DNA from: Alphaproteobacteria bacterium
GTDB lineage: Bacteria; Pseudomonadota; Alphaproteobacteria; SP197
Direction: 5' to 3'
DNA: 64,000 nucleotides
Assembly: GCA_965228895.1 (NCBI GenBank)
Contig: OZ245842.1
Location: 4,800,001-4,864,000 of the forward strand
How positions within the stretch are numbered: the stretch's first letter is position 1; each line of letters begins with the position of its first letter. A program made the position numbers and the translations under genes. Positions 50,270 to 61,241 of this stretch are shown in pieces. Under the pieces are notes generated by a model that searched no databases, was not told the origin of the DNA, and saw only the letters and a program-made list of their open reading frames with translations.

Positions 50270-51802
50270 TTAACGATCGGATTGCCTAGGCAACCGCTTG
50301 ATCGCCTTTAGGGGTATGCCAAGCAAAGAACAGGCCAAGTAGACGATGAAGGGCAAAATAATTCCCAACAACGTCAAATTGCCCCACAGGCTGTAGGTGG
50401 TCGGCGCCAGTGGCGGCGGCAACTGCGCGTCGATCACACCCTCTTGTTCAAGGCCCAAGCGGGCGACATAACGACCGCCCGCATCAATCACCGCGGAGAC
50501 GCCGGTGTTGGCGGCACGCGCCATTGGCAAGCCCTGTTCGACGGCGCGCAAACGCGCCGACGCCAAGTGTTGATAAGGCCCCGACGATTCGCCGAACCAA
50601 GCGTCGTTGGTGATGTTCAGCAGCCAGGCGGGACGCTCTCCTGGTGCCACGACCTCGGTCGGGAAGATCGCTTCGTAACAGATCAAGGGGCTGAACGTGG
50701 GCAGGCCGGCCACATCCAGCGTGCGTGGCGACGGCCCCGCGGTAAAGTCCGTGGTGCCTGGTGTCAGCTTGTCGATCGGCAGGACGCCACGCAACGGCAC
50801 GTACTCGCCAAACGGCACCAGGTGATGTTTGTCATAGACAGCAACCAGCTCGCGCTGATCATCAAACACAACCAAACTGTTGAAAAACCGCGTGTCCGTC
50901 CCGTCGTTTTCACTGGTTACAGCGCCGGCCATCAACACGCCGTCCGGTGGTACTGCCGCTGCGACAAGGGCATCAACTATGTCCCTATCTCGAAAGATCC
51001 GGTAGGGAATTGCTGTCTCCGGCCATATGACGATGTCTGGAATTGTCTCAGTTTGCAACTGGCTTTTTTCAATATGCATTGCAATATGCGACAACTGGAG
51101 GTCAGGTCGCCATTTTTCGCTCTGGGCGATGTTGGGTTGAATCAACCGCAGGTCGACCGGTGCCTGCCCCTCAAGCGGCTCGAGGTTCGCCAGTCGCAAC
51201 GCCCCGTAGCCGCCCGTCGCGAGCACCACGAGAACGGCGGCCGAACCAGCGTAGAGTATCCGCCGGCCGAACCGCCCGGGCGCACCATAGGCCGCGAGTG
51301 CCGGCAACAGACAAACCGCCATGGCGATGGCGCTGACGCCATAGACGCCGGCCAGCGCTGCCGGCTGTAACAACCGCACATCGATATCGAAGACCGTGCC
51401 CATCAGGTTCCATGGAAAGCCGGTGAACAACCAGCTACGCAGCCATTCGACGGCGACCCAGATGACGCCGAAGGCGACCACCCGGGGCAAGCCCGGGCGC
51501 CACGTCCATGCGGCACCGGCAACCAGGGCTGGGAACAGCGCGAAACCGGCCGCGATTGCCGCCAGAGACGGCGGATAGAGCCAACCGTGACGTGCCACAT
51601 CGACGAGCAGCGAATTCGCGATCCAGTAATAGGCGGTCGCGCTGTGGCCGACGCCGAACCACCAGCCGATGCCGATCGCCGTCAGACGCCGATTCGCACC
51701 GTCGAGCAGCCAGATAAGCCCGGTGAAACCAACGACCGCCAGGGGTAGCAGGCCAACCGGCGGCAGCGCCGCGGTAACCAGCGCACCAAGAACCATGGCC
51801 AT
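50270..51802 (-). CDS. lnt: Apolipoprotein N-acyltransferase (true start probably slightly upstream)
   Basis: GFPW, QPNI, WPETA, KHHLVPFGEY, ICYE, TNDAW. Confidence 0.95.
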   Translation of the reverse strand: MAMVLGALVTAALPPVGLLPLAVVGFTGLIWLLDGANRRLTAIGIGWWFGVGHSATAYYWIANSLLVDVARHGWLYPPSLAAIAAGFALFPALVAGAAWTWRPGLPRVVAFGVIWVAVEWLRSWLFTGFPWNLMGTVFDIDVRLLQPAALAGVYGVSAIAMAVCLLPALAAYGAPGRFGRRILYAGSAAVLVVLATGGYGALRLANLEPLEGQAPVDLRLIQPNIAQSEKWRPDLQLSHIAMHIEKSQLQTETIPDIVIWPETAIPYRIFRDRDIVDALVAAAVPPDGVLMAGAVTSENDGTDTRFFNSLVVFDDQRELVAVYDKHHLVPFGEYVPLRGVLPIDKLTPGTTDFTAGPSPRTLDVAGLPTFSPLICYEAIFPTEVVAPGERPAWLLNITNDAWFGESSGPYQHLASARLRAVEQGLPMARAANTGVSAVIDAGGRYVARLGLEQEGVIDAQLPPPLAPTTYSLWGNLTLLGIILPFIVYLACSLLGIPLKAIKRLPRQSDR

Positions 51803-51869
51803 GAGGGCACGGCGAAAGCCGGTCAGGGAACGCAGTCGCCCCGGCAGTGAAACCGTCTCGGTCGAGATA

Positions 51870-52760
51870 TCAGGCCTCTGGTGCAGCGAGCGGCGGAACG
51901 TGGCGTACGCGCAGGCGCTTGATGCGCCGCGCATCGACATCGGTGATCTCGAACTCCAGCCCGCTGTCATGGGCAATGAGCTCGCCGCGCGCCGGTATGC
52001 GGCCAAGAAGCGCGAACACCAAGCCGCCCAGCGTGTCGACGTCCTCGTCGCGCTCTTCCGGCAACAGGTCGATACCGGTCCGCTCCTCAAGCAGTTCGAC
52101 CGGCGTTCGCGCGCTCGCTTCAATGACGCCGCCGGGCCGTTCGATCAGCATGGGTGTTTCGCTGCTGTCGTGCTCGTCCCAGATCTCACCGACGATCGGC
52201 TCGACCAGGTCTTCAATGGTGGCCAGGCCATCGGTGCCGCCGTACTCGTCGACCACCAGGGAGAGATGCAGTCTGGCGCTGCGCATCTTGGCCAGCAGAT
52301 CGACCACCGGCATCGACGGCGGAACGAACAGGACCTGGCGGCACAGCATCTCGACCTGCGGCTGCTCCTCGGTCGGTGTCGACCAGTAAGGCAGGAGATC
52401 GCGCAGATGCACCATGCCGACCACATCGTCCAGGCTATCGCGGTAAACCGGCAGTCTGGAATGACCTTCGCGTTTCATGACCTCGACGACATCGTCCAAC
52501 GGTGTCGACACGTCAACCGCGATGACATCGGCGCGCGGCACCATGACGTCTTCGACACGCAGTTCGCCAAACTCCAAGAGGTTGATCAGCATGGCGCGTT
52601 GCGGCGCGCTCAGGTGATGTTCGGTCTCCTCGAACTCGTCGAGCAGCTCTTCGACGTTTTCCCTCAGGCTGCTATCGCCGTTACGTCCACCCAGGAGTTT
52701 CTTGAGCCAGCCCGAAAATGCCTGGTGGCCCAGTCCCGATGATGTCGAGCGTTCCGCCAT
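51870..52760 (-). CDS. corC: CorC/HlyC CBS-domain protein
   Basis: HSRLPVY, VVDEYGG, EDLVE..VGEI. Confidence 0.88.
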   Translation of the reverse strand: MAERSTSSGLGHQAFSGWLKKLLGGRNGDSSLRENVEELLDEFEETEHHLSAPQRAMLINLLEFGELRVEDVMVPRADVIAVDVSTPLDDVVEVMKREGHSRLPVYRDSLDDVVGMVHLRDLLPYWSTPTEEQPQVEMLCRQVLFVPPSMPVVDLLAKMRSARLHLSLVVDEYGGTDGLATIEDLVEPIVGEIWDEHDSSETPMLIERPGGVIEASARTPVELLEERTGIDLLPEERDEDVDTLGGLVFALLGRIPARGELIAHDSGLEFEITDVDARRIKRLRVRHVPPLAAPEA

Positions 52761-52768
52761 CGCCGCGT

Positions 52769-53328
52769 CTACCGGTAGGGGTCCGCGATGCCGAGGCGGC
52801 CCAGGAGTTCGCACTCCAACGTTTCCATCCGCATCGCTTCATCCTCGTCCATGTGATCGTAGCCGAGCAGGTGCAGCACCCCATGGACGATTAGATGGGA
52901 CAGGTGGTTGCCGGGTTTTTTGTTTTCCGCCGCCGCTTCATCCAACACGGTCTGGCGCGCCACGATGATATCGCCCAACGCGACAGGCTCGTCTTCGGGA
53001 TGGCCGGCTTCCGGCTCAAGCTCCTGACCGGCGATGATATCGAGCGCCGGGAACGACAGCACGTTGGTGGCCTTGTCGATGCCGCGCCAAGATTGATTCA
53101 AGCGGCGCACGGCCTGGTCATCGCCAAGCACGACTGACACGGCGAGACGATAACGATCGCCGGCGACGGCGAGCGCCTCTTCGGCCGCAAGGCGGGTCAG
53201 ATCTTCAACACCGGGAATCGCGTCGGTCCAGCCGGCGTCATCGACCGCGATGTCAACGATTGGGTCAGGCCCGGCGTGGCGCCGGGCGGCGGTACTCGAT
53301 CCTAAGTCGTCGGCGTCGATCAGCTCGA

Positions 53329-53332
<4 letters not shown>
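52769..53332 (-). CDS. ybeY: Endoribonuclease YbeY
   Basis: TNVLSFP, HGVLHLLGYDH. Confidence 0.95.
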
Positions 53333-54317
<985 letters not shown>

Positions 54318-54321
<4 letters not shown>

Positions 54322-55694
54322 GCGGTCTCCCTTAGCGGCAACGACCCGGCCATGGCGCCCGGCGATGCCGCGACACCGGCAAGACTGTTGGCCAGGGCCT
54401 CGGTGACGGTGACGTCGACGAGAGTGCCGATCAAACTCTCGGGCCCATTCAGGTGGACCGCCTGCAGATAGGGGCTGCGTCCGACCATCTGCCCGGACTT
54501 GCGGCCGGTACGCTCGATCAGGATCGGCAGCGTTCGGCCGACGGTCGCGGCGTTGAACGCATCCTGCTGGGCGCCCAGAAGCTGCTGCAGGGCGGCAAGG
54601 CGCTCGACCTTGACCGCGTCATCGACCTGAGCGCCGGCGCTTGCCGCCGGCGTGCCGGGACGCGCGCTATATTTGAACGAGAAGGCGCTGGCATAGGTGA
54701 TGTCGCCGACCAGCCTGAGAGTGTCGGCAAAGTCGGCATCGGTTTCGCCAGGGAAACCGACGATGAAATCACCCGACAGGGCCAGGTCGGGACGGGCCAG
54801 GCGGATCTTCTCGATCAGACGCCGATAGTCGTCGGCGCTGTGACGCCGGTTCATGGCGTCGAGAATTCGGTCGGAGCCCGACTGAACCGGCAGATGCAGA
54901 TAAGGCATCAGCTGCGGCACGTCGCCATGGGCGGCGATCAAATCATCGTCCATGTCGCGCGGGTGCGAGGTCGTGTAACGCAGGCGCGCCAATCCGTCGA
55001 TCTCGGCCATCCGGCGGATCAGACGCGCCAAACCCCAATCGCCGCCATCCGGTCCGGCGCCGTGATAGGCGTTGACGTTTTGGCCCAGCAGCGTGATTTC
55101 GCGCACGCCGTCTTCGACCAGGCGCTTCGCTTCGGCGACAACCTGATCGACCGGGCGAGAAAACTCGGCGCCGCGGGTATAGGGCACGACACAGAACGTG
55201 CAGAACTTGTCGCAGCCTTCCTGCACCGACAGGAAAGCGCTGACGCCGTCACGGGCCTGGGGCCGCGGCAGATGATCGAATTTGGATTCAACGGGAAAGT
55301 CCGTATCCAGAACGCCCCCGGTCTCGCGATGCGCCCGCGCGATCAACTCCGGCAGGCGATGATACGTTTGGGGCCCGACAACCAGGTCAACGACCGGCGC
55401 GCGTCGAACGATCTCCGCGCCTTCCGCCTGGGCGACACAGCCGGCAACGGCGACGATCATGGTTTTGCCGTCGGTTTCACGACGCGCCTTCAAAGGTTTG
55501 ATCCGCCCGAGTTCGGAATAGACCTTTTCGGCCGCTTTTTCGCGGATGTGGCACGTGTTCAGGATGACCAGATCCGCCCCATCGGGCGAGTCAGTCGTTT
55601 GATAACCCAGAGGCGTCAGAACGTCCGTCATACGACCGGAGTCGTAAACGTTCATCTGGCAGCCATAGGTCTTGATGAAGAGCTTTTTCGGCAA
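54318..55694 (-). CDS. miaB: tRNA-i6A37 methylthiotransferase
   Basis: [18 protein letters not shown] domain; TTG start assumed. Confidence 0.96.
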
Positions 55695-55802
55695 TCGGTT
55701 GTCGCGGCGCTTTATCGCCCGGCGCATCCTTTAGCGATTGGTTTCATCGCGTTAATCCGATGCACCATGCCTGAGACAAGGCCCCGGAGTCAACGAGGGG
55801 CA

Positions 55803-56639
55803 TCACCGCGCCCGCCGATGGCGCAGGCGGGCCAAACGGCCCCGTGCCGAACGCGGCAAACGGCCCGTCAGCGCCCGTGCAACGCCGTCGGCGACGATTT
55901 GATGGGTGTGTTCAGCCATGCTGCGGCGCGTGCCGCCGGCGTCTTCGATGGTCAGGGGATCGTGGAACTGGACGACCACCGTGGCGCCACCCAACTTCAC
56001 CATGCGCCAGACATGGGTTGCCAGGTACATATCGCCATACCAGGCAAAATAGGGTCTTAGATCCCGATCCATGGGCAAATTCGAGAACCGCGCATAGGCA
56101 ATCGAGACCGGCTGCACGACCAACGGTTGATCGTTCACACGGCGCTCGGCGACCGAAAACAAGGCGCTCTTGAACGGCAGCACCCGGTTGCCGTCGCCGC
56201 TGGTGCCTTCGGGAAACAGGATCAGACGATCGCCGGCATCGAGGCGCTCGGCAATCTGATCCCGCTGTTCGCCGGTCGAACCACGCCGCCGGTCGACGAA
56301 CACGGTCCGCTGCAGTTTGGCGAGCCAGCCGATCAGAGGCCAGCTCGCGACCTCGGCCTTGGCGACGAAGCTGCCGCCGATCAGCGAGCCGAGGACCTCG
56401 ATGTCCAGGTAGGACGTATGGTTGCAGATGAACAGCGTCGGACGTTTGCGTGTCGCGCGGCCGTGCACTTCGATCTTCAACCCCAAGATCCGACAGCAGA
56501 TGCGGTGATAGAAGACCGGAAAAGTCACCCGCCCGGGCAGGCCGGTGACCAAAAAGAAGGCCTGGACCGGCATGCACGGCAGCGTCCAGGCGATGTAGAG
56601 CGCAATGCGCACGGCACCGACCACGGCAGAGCTGCCCAA
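55803..56639 (-). CDS. Lysophospholipid/lyso-ornithine lipid acyltransferase (OlsA/PlsC-like)
   Basis: NHTSYLD, FPEGT; downstream of olsB-like gene; start uncertain. Confidence 0.85.
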   Translation of the reverse strand: MGSSAVVGAVRIALYIAWTLPCMPVQAFFLVTGLPGRVTFPVFYHRICCRILGLKIEVHGRATRKRPTLFICNHTSYLDIEVLGSLIGGSFVAKAEVASWPLIGWLAKLQRTVFVDRRRGSTGEQRDQIAERLDAGDRLILFPEGTSGDGNRVLPFKSALFSVAERRVNDQPLVVQPVSIAYARFSNLPMDRDLRPYFAWYGDMYLATHVWRMVKLGGATVVVQFHDPLTIEDAGGTRRSMAEHTHQIVADGVARALTGRLPRSARGRLARLRHRRAR

Positions 56640-56652
56640 CGCGACCGGCGCG

Positions 56653-57507
56653 TCAGACTTCTCGAGGACTATCCGCTTCGCCGTCGTTTCCATCTTCATG
56701 ACCAAAGCGTTGTCGGTAGCGTGCCGTTGCCGTCGCGACATCGAGCATCACGCACACATCTGTGGTGTTGAATTGCCTGTCGATCACGGCACCATCGCCG
56801 AACAGACATCCGGCCCGCGCATAACCCTTGATCAGCGGCGGCAAGGTCACCGCACCGCGCCGCCGGTCGACCTGTTCTTCGGGCAGGATGTTCATGTCGA
56901 CATAGAGATGGTCAAGCGCCCGGGGTCGCAGCTCTTCGGGTGCCAGCAGGTAATGGTGCAGATAAGACAGCGGCATGGCGAGTTCTTCGGGGTCCGTGCC
57001 GTGCAGGCTGGCGCAACCGAACATGATCTTGATGTCGTACTGTTCAACATAGGCGCCAAGCCCGCGCAACAGCGCCTGAACGGTTGCGCCCGAACGGTAG
57101 CGTGCATCGACGCAGCTGCGGCCAAGCTCAACCAGTTCGCCTTTCACCGCAAGGATGTTGCTGATGTCGTACTCGCTGGCCGTGTAGAACGGTCTGTGCT
57201 GATCGGCGACCGAGCGGCGCAGCAGGCGATAGGTGCCAACAACAGCTTTGGCGCCATCGCCCAGTTCCGGATCAAGCACCAGCAGGTGATCGCATATCGC
57301 ATCAAAGTCGTCGAAGTCGCGCTTTTCGGCCTCCATCCTGCCGACGGGCTTGGCCGCCATCTCCTCGTAGAAAACGCGATAGCGCAGTCGTTGCGCGGCC
57401 TCGACTTCGGCCATGTCGCGTGCCAGGCGCAGGACCAGCGGCCCGAGCTGGATGCCTTCGTCCAGGCGGCCGGCTTCTTCGGTGCGTTGTTGCTGGTTCA
57501 TGGTCAT
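56653..57507 (-). CDS. olsB: Ornithine-acyl-ACP N-acyltransferase
   Basis: LRYRVFYEE, VGTYRL, ELGRSCV, PPLIKGY. Confidence 0.85.
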   Translation of the reverse strand: MTMNQQQRTEEAGRLDEGIQLGPLVLRLARDMAEVEAAQRLRYRVFYEEMAAKPVGRMEAEKRDFDDFDAICDHLLVLDPELGDGAKAVVGTYRLLRRSVADQHRPFYTASEYDISNILAVKGELVELGRSCVDARYRSGATVQALLRGLGAYVEQYDIKIMFGCASLHGTDPEELAMPLSYLHHYLLAPEELRPRALDHLYVDMNILPEEQVDRRRGAVTLPPLIKGYARAGCLFGDGAVIDRQFNTTDVCVMLDVATATARYRQRFGHEDGNDGEADSPREV

Positions 57508-57546
57508 TGCCGTGGCGCGTGGTGTGTTTCGCGCGGCCGCGCCACC

Positions 57547-57975
57547 CTATCTGCGACCCTTGGGAGTCTTTTCCAAAGGCACGCCAAACAGTTCCATTTT
57601 GTGCTCAACCAGACGGTAGCCCAAACGCTTGGCGATCTTCTCTTGAAGAGCTTCCAGTTCCTCGTCGAAGAACTCGATCACCTCGCCGCTGTGCACGTCG
57701 ATCAGGTGATCGTGGTGGTCGTCAGAACTGGCTTCATAACGCGTTCGACCGCCGCCAAAGTCATGGCTCTCGATGATGCCGGAGTCCTCGAACAGACGCA
57801 GGGTTCGGTAGACGGTTGCCAGACTGATCCGTTCGTCATCGGCCGACGCACGCCGGTAGACCTCTTCGACATCGGGATGATCGTCGGCTGATGACAGAAC
57901 ACGGGCGATGACGCGACGCTGCTCGGTCATCTTCAGGCCCTTGTCTAGGCACGCGCGCTCAATTCGTGACGCCAT
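57547..57975 (-). CDS. fur: Fur/Mur family regulator
   Basis: MTEQRR, DHPDVE, SLATVYRT, HHDHL. Confidence 0.88.
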   Translation of the reverse strand: MASRIERACLDKGLKMTEQRRVIARVLSSADDHPDVEEVYRRASADDERISLATVYRTLRLFEDSGIIESHDFGGGRTRYEASSDDHHDHLIDVHSGEVIEFFDEELEALQEKIAKRLGYRLVEHKMELFGVPLEKTPKGRR

Positions 57976-58088
57976 TCGGTCCCCAACCCTCATCCCGGGG
58001 CTCCGAGCCCCGGTAGCGGCGCCCTAGGGCGCCTATGTGTTGAGTCTATAGCCTGGGGCCCGAACAGCAAAGCCCGGGCAGTCACGGA

Positions 58089-58538
58089 TCAACGACGCTT
58101 CTTGCGCCGTCCGCCTTTGGTGCCAAGCCCGATCTTCTTCGCCAGTTCACTGCGCTGGGCGGCGTAATTCGGGGCGACCATGGGATAGTCGGACGGCAAT
58201 CCCCAGCGCTCGCGGTATTCGTCCGGCGTCATATCGTAACGGGTCTTCAAATGCCGCTTCAGCATCTTGAGCTTTTTTCCGTCTTCCAGACACACAATAT
58301 AGTCCGGCATGATGGATTTCTTGATGGGCACGGCCGGTTGCGGCAACTCGGCTTCAACTTTTCCGGCGCCCGGGCCAGCGCTGGCGAGCGAGCTGTAGAC
58401 TTGGCGAATCAGTTCAGGCAGCTCGTCGGCACGAATTTCGTTGTTGGACACATGCGAGGCGACGATCTCGGTCGTCAGTGCCAGGAGTTCGCTGGCAGTC
58501 GGCTGATCGGTCATGGCAGTCATATCATTAGTTGTCAT
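58089..58538 (-). CDS. mucR: MucR/Ros zinc-finger regulator
   Basis: CLEDGKKLKMLKRHL, YPMVAPNYA. Confidence 0.93.
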   Translation of the reverse strand: MTTNDMTAMTDQPTASELLALTTEIVASHVSNNEIRADELPELIRQVYSSLASAGPGAGKVEAELPQPAVPIKKSIMPDYIVCLEDGKKLKMLKRHLKTRYDMTPDEYRERWGLPSDYPMVAPNYAAQRSELAKKIGLGTKGGRRKKRR

Positions 58539-58569
58539 GGGTGCTGTTCATAACTCCGGAGAGGTTATC

Positions 58570-58866
58570 GTGTCCGATTCTGTCAATTCCGTAAGCAACG
58601 GTACAAAGCGCTCTTCTAAGTATTACGACGTTTTTCTAGACATAACAAGTGACGTATGTCCGATGACTTTCGTCAAAACAAAGATCATGCTTGAAAAGAT
58701 GCTTGGCGGCGCTATCGCCGAAGTACGTTTGAATGATGGCGAACCGCTCGAAAACGTGCCTCGGTCGGTACGCGAACATGGCCACGAGGTCTTGAGTTTG
58801 GAGGCGGAAGAACCCGGCAGCCGCGTCCATCGCCTGCGTATCCGCAAAGCGGAGGATGCGAAGTAA
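58570..58866 (+). CDS. TusA-family sulfur carrier
   Basis: LDIT..VCPMTFVKTK, GEPLENVP; GGAGAGG RBS. Confidence 0.85.
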   Translation: MSDSVNSVSNGTKRSSKYYDVFLDITSDVCPMTFVKTKIMLEKMLGGAIAEVRLNDGEPLENVPRSVREHGHEVLSLEAEEPGSRVHRLRIRKAEDAK

Positions 58867-58889
58867 TCGTGTGCTCGGTTGTTCGACTT

Positions 58890-59360
58890 CTAGTCTGTTA
58901 GATCGACACGCATGGTCACCGCGTCGGCCGTCCCATCGTCGCGTCGGTAGTAACCGGCCCTCCGGCCGACCGCGACAAAGCCTATGGTTTCATAGAGATG
59001 GCGCGCGGCATGATTGTCCTCGGCGACCTCCAAGACCATGGTCGTCGCCCCTTCCCTCGTTACATTGCTGAGAAGCGTCGTCATCAATTGCCGCGCAACA
59101 CCAGCGTTTCGTCGCTCCGGCACAACGCCAAGTGTCAGGAGCTCACTCTCGCCTCTGGTCTGGCGCACAAGCGCAAAACCGATGGCTGTCGACGGTCGCC
59201 GGGATCCACCGTTTTCATAGGCCAGCAAAGCGAAGCTGCCGTCAGGTTCCATCAGCCGGGAAAAGGTCGCGGCGTTCCAGCCTTCGTCAAAGCAAGAGAA
59301 GTGCAGGCGCGACAAGGTCGCGACCGTTTCATCCGGTGCCAGCACGACCTCTACCATCAC
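58890..59360 (-). CDS. rimI: RimI-like GNAT acetyltransferase
   Basis: LEVAEDN..ARHLY...GF..VGRRAGYY. Confidence 0.85.
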   Translation of the reverse strand: MMVEVVLAPDETVATLSRLHFSCFDEGWNAATFSRLMEPDGSFALLAYENGGSRRPSTAIGFALVRQTRGESELLTLGVVPERRNAGVARQLMTTLLSNVTREGATTMVLEVAEDNHAARHLYETIGFVAVGRRAGYYRRDDGTADAVTMRVDLTD

Positions 59361-60019
59361 GTCTTACCCGGCAAATCGGCGTCGGGCGCGCGAAGGTAGA
59401 GCGGCGACGGGTAGGTCGTGGGTATCGATGCCTCCGGCACACCAAAGCGTCGACGCGCCACATCCACCAAGACGGCTGCATCGGGCAAGCGGCAATCGTC
59501 ACGCACCTCAACATCAGGTGAATCAGTGTAGACAAACGCGCCGCTGCCAACCGCGCGCCAGCGGCCGGGTATGGGCAGAGCACCGTCCTGGGCAACCACG
59601 CACGGCGCCTCAAGCGGGGTCAGCGCTGCATCAAACATCTGGCGATAAATCTCTCCGCGTCGCGCATCGATCGCGGCGATAACGCCGCACGCCTTGTCAT
59701 CGGTGACGGCCGCGGCCGCCGCCAGAACCTCAAGGCTTGTCAGGCCGGCGACCGGGACCGCGGCCGCCAAGCCGAGACCGCGCGCGGCGGCCAGGCCAAT
59801 TCTGATGCCGGTAAACGTGCCGGGTCCCGTGGTCACCGCGATCAGATCAAGCGCATCAAAGTCGAGGCCGGCCTGTGCCATCACCTCGGTGACCATCGGT
59901 ATCAAACGCTCGACATGGCCGCGCCGCAGCGTCTCGAAACGCCGGGCAGCTAACCCGTCACCGCACCACACCGCCGCCGAACAGGCATCGGTTGTCGTAT
60001 CGAAGCCCAGCACCTTCAT
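59357..60019 (-). CDS. tsaB: tRNA t6A biosynthesis protein TsaB
   Basis: GPGTFTGIRIG, DARRGE. Confidence 0.93.
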   Translation of the reverse strand: MKVLGFDTTTDACSAAVWCGDGLAARRFETLRRGHVERLIPMVTEVMAQAGLDFDALDLIAVTTGPGTFTGIRIGLAAARGLGLAAAVPVAGLTSLEVLAAAAAVTDDKACGVIAAIDARRGEIYRQMFDAALTPLEAPCVVAQDGALPIPGRWRAVGSGAFVYTDSPDVEVRDDCRLPDAAVLVDVARRRFGVPEASIPTTYPSPLYLRAPDADLPGKT

Positions 60020-60081
60020 GGCGGCGGTCGCCTGGCCGTGATAGGCTCTAACGACACCGTCTCCCACGCACCAGAAGTACC

Positions 60082-60633
60082 ATGCTGGTCGAAATCGCCC
60101 CTCCCGCCTTCGATGTCGATGTCGCGCTGGCTTATGCCGGATCCGACAATTTCATGGGCCAGGCAGTCTATCGTCAGGGCCGTTGCTGGCTTCATGACGA
60201 TGCCGCCGCTGCGCTGGCGCGCGCGATCGCGCTGGCCGCCGAGCAAGGTCTGCGGTTCAAGATCTATGACGCGTTCCGGCCCAGCGAGGCGCAGTGGGCG
60301 CTGTGGCACCATACGCCGGATCCCGACTATGTCGCCGATCCGCGGCGTGGTTCGCCGCACAGCCGTGGCGTCGCCGTCGACCTGACCTTGATCGACGCCG
60401 ACGGCAACGAGCTCGACATGGGCGGGCCGGTCGATGACCTGACCGAGCGCGGCCATCACGACGCGGCGGATCTGGCGCCTGCCGCACGGCGCAACCGCCT
60501 GCTGCTGCTGGGCATCATGACCGCCGCCGGTTGGGACTGGTATGTCCGGGAGTGGTGGCACTATCAGTTGTTCCGTCCTCGCGACTATCCGGTCTTGAGT
60601 GATCGCGCCGCCGGCACGGGCATGATGGGTTAG
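60082..60633 (+). CDS. ddpX: D-alanyl-D-alanine dipeptidase (M15D)
   Basis: DAFRP, SPHSRGVAVD, EWWHY. Confidence 0.92.
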   Translation: MLVEIAPPAFDVDVALAYAGSDNFMGQAVYRQGRCWLHDDAAAALARAIALAAEQGLRFKIYDAFRPSEAQWALWHHTPDPDYVADPRRGSPHSRGVAVDLTLIDADGNELDMGGPVDDLTERGHHDAADLAPAARRNRLLLLGIMTAAGWDWYVREWWHYQLFRPRDYPVLSDRAAGTGMMG

Positions 60634-60653
60634 GTCAGACCTGTTCCGGCAGA

Positions 60654-61241
60654 TCACAGGATGCGGCACGTCTCGTCAAACGTCAGACGGTCGTCGCGCG
60701 GATGCAAACGGGCGGTATCGCCATAGCCGATGTTGCACAAGAAGTTCGACCGCCACGTCGTGTCGGCAAAGAACGCCTCATCCACACCCTTGTTGCTGAA
60801 CCCGGACATCGGACCGCAATCAAGCCCCAGCGCCCGCAACGCCATCATCAGATAGGCGCCTTGCAGGCTGCCGTTGCGCAACGCCGTCGCCTTGATCGCG
60901 GCATCGTGGCCGGCGAACCAGGAACGCGCGTCGTCGCGCGGCCACAGCCGCGGCAGCAGCTCGTAGAACTCCATATCGTGGGCAATGATGGCGGTGACCG
61001 GTGCTTCCATGGTCTGACGCACGTTGCCGTCGTCCACATGCGGCTCCAAACGCATCTTGGCCTCTTGGGAGACGACAAACACCACCCGCGCGGGTGAACA
61101 ATTGGCGCTGGTCGGTCCCATCTTGGCAAGTTCCCACGCAGCGCGCAGGATATCGTCTGGAACCGGTTGATCCGCCCAGTACCGGTGCGTCCGGGCTAGG
61201 CGGAACAGGGTATCGAGGGAGTCGTCGCTTAGGCGAGCCAT
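60654..61241 (-). CDS. Malonic semialdehyde reductase (RutE-like nitroreductase)
   Basis: GPTSANCSPAR, RNGSLQGAY, GPMSGF. Confidence 0.88.
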   Translation of the reverse strand: MARLSDDSLDTLFRLARTHRYWADQPVPDDILRAAWELAKMGPTSANCSPARVVFVVSQEAKMRLEPHVDDGNVRQTMEAPVTAIIAHDMEFYELLPRLWPRDDARSWFAGHDAAIKATALRNGSLQGAYLMMALRALGLDCGPMSGFSNKGVDEAFFADTTWRSNFLCNIGYGDTARLHPRDDRLTFDETCRIL

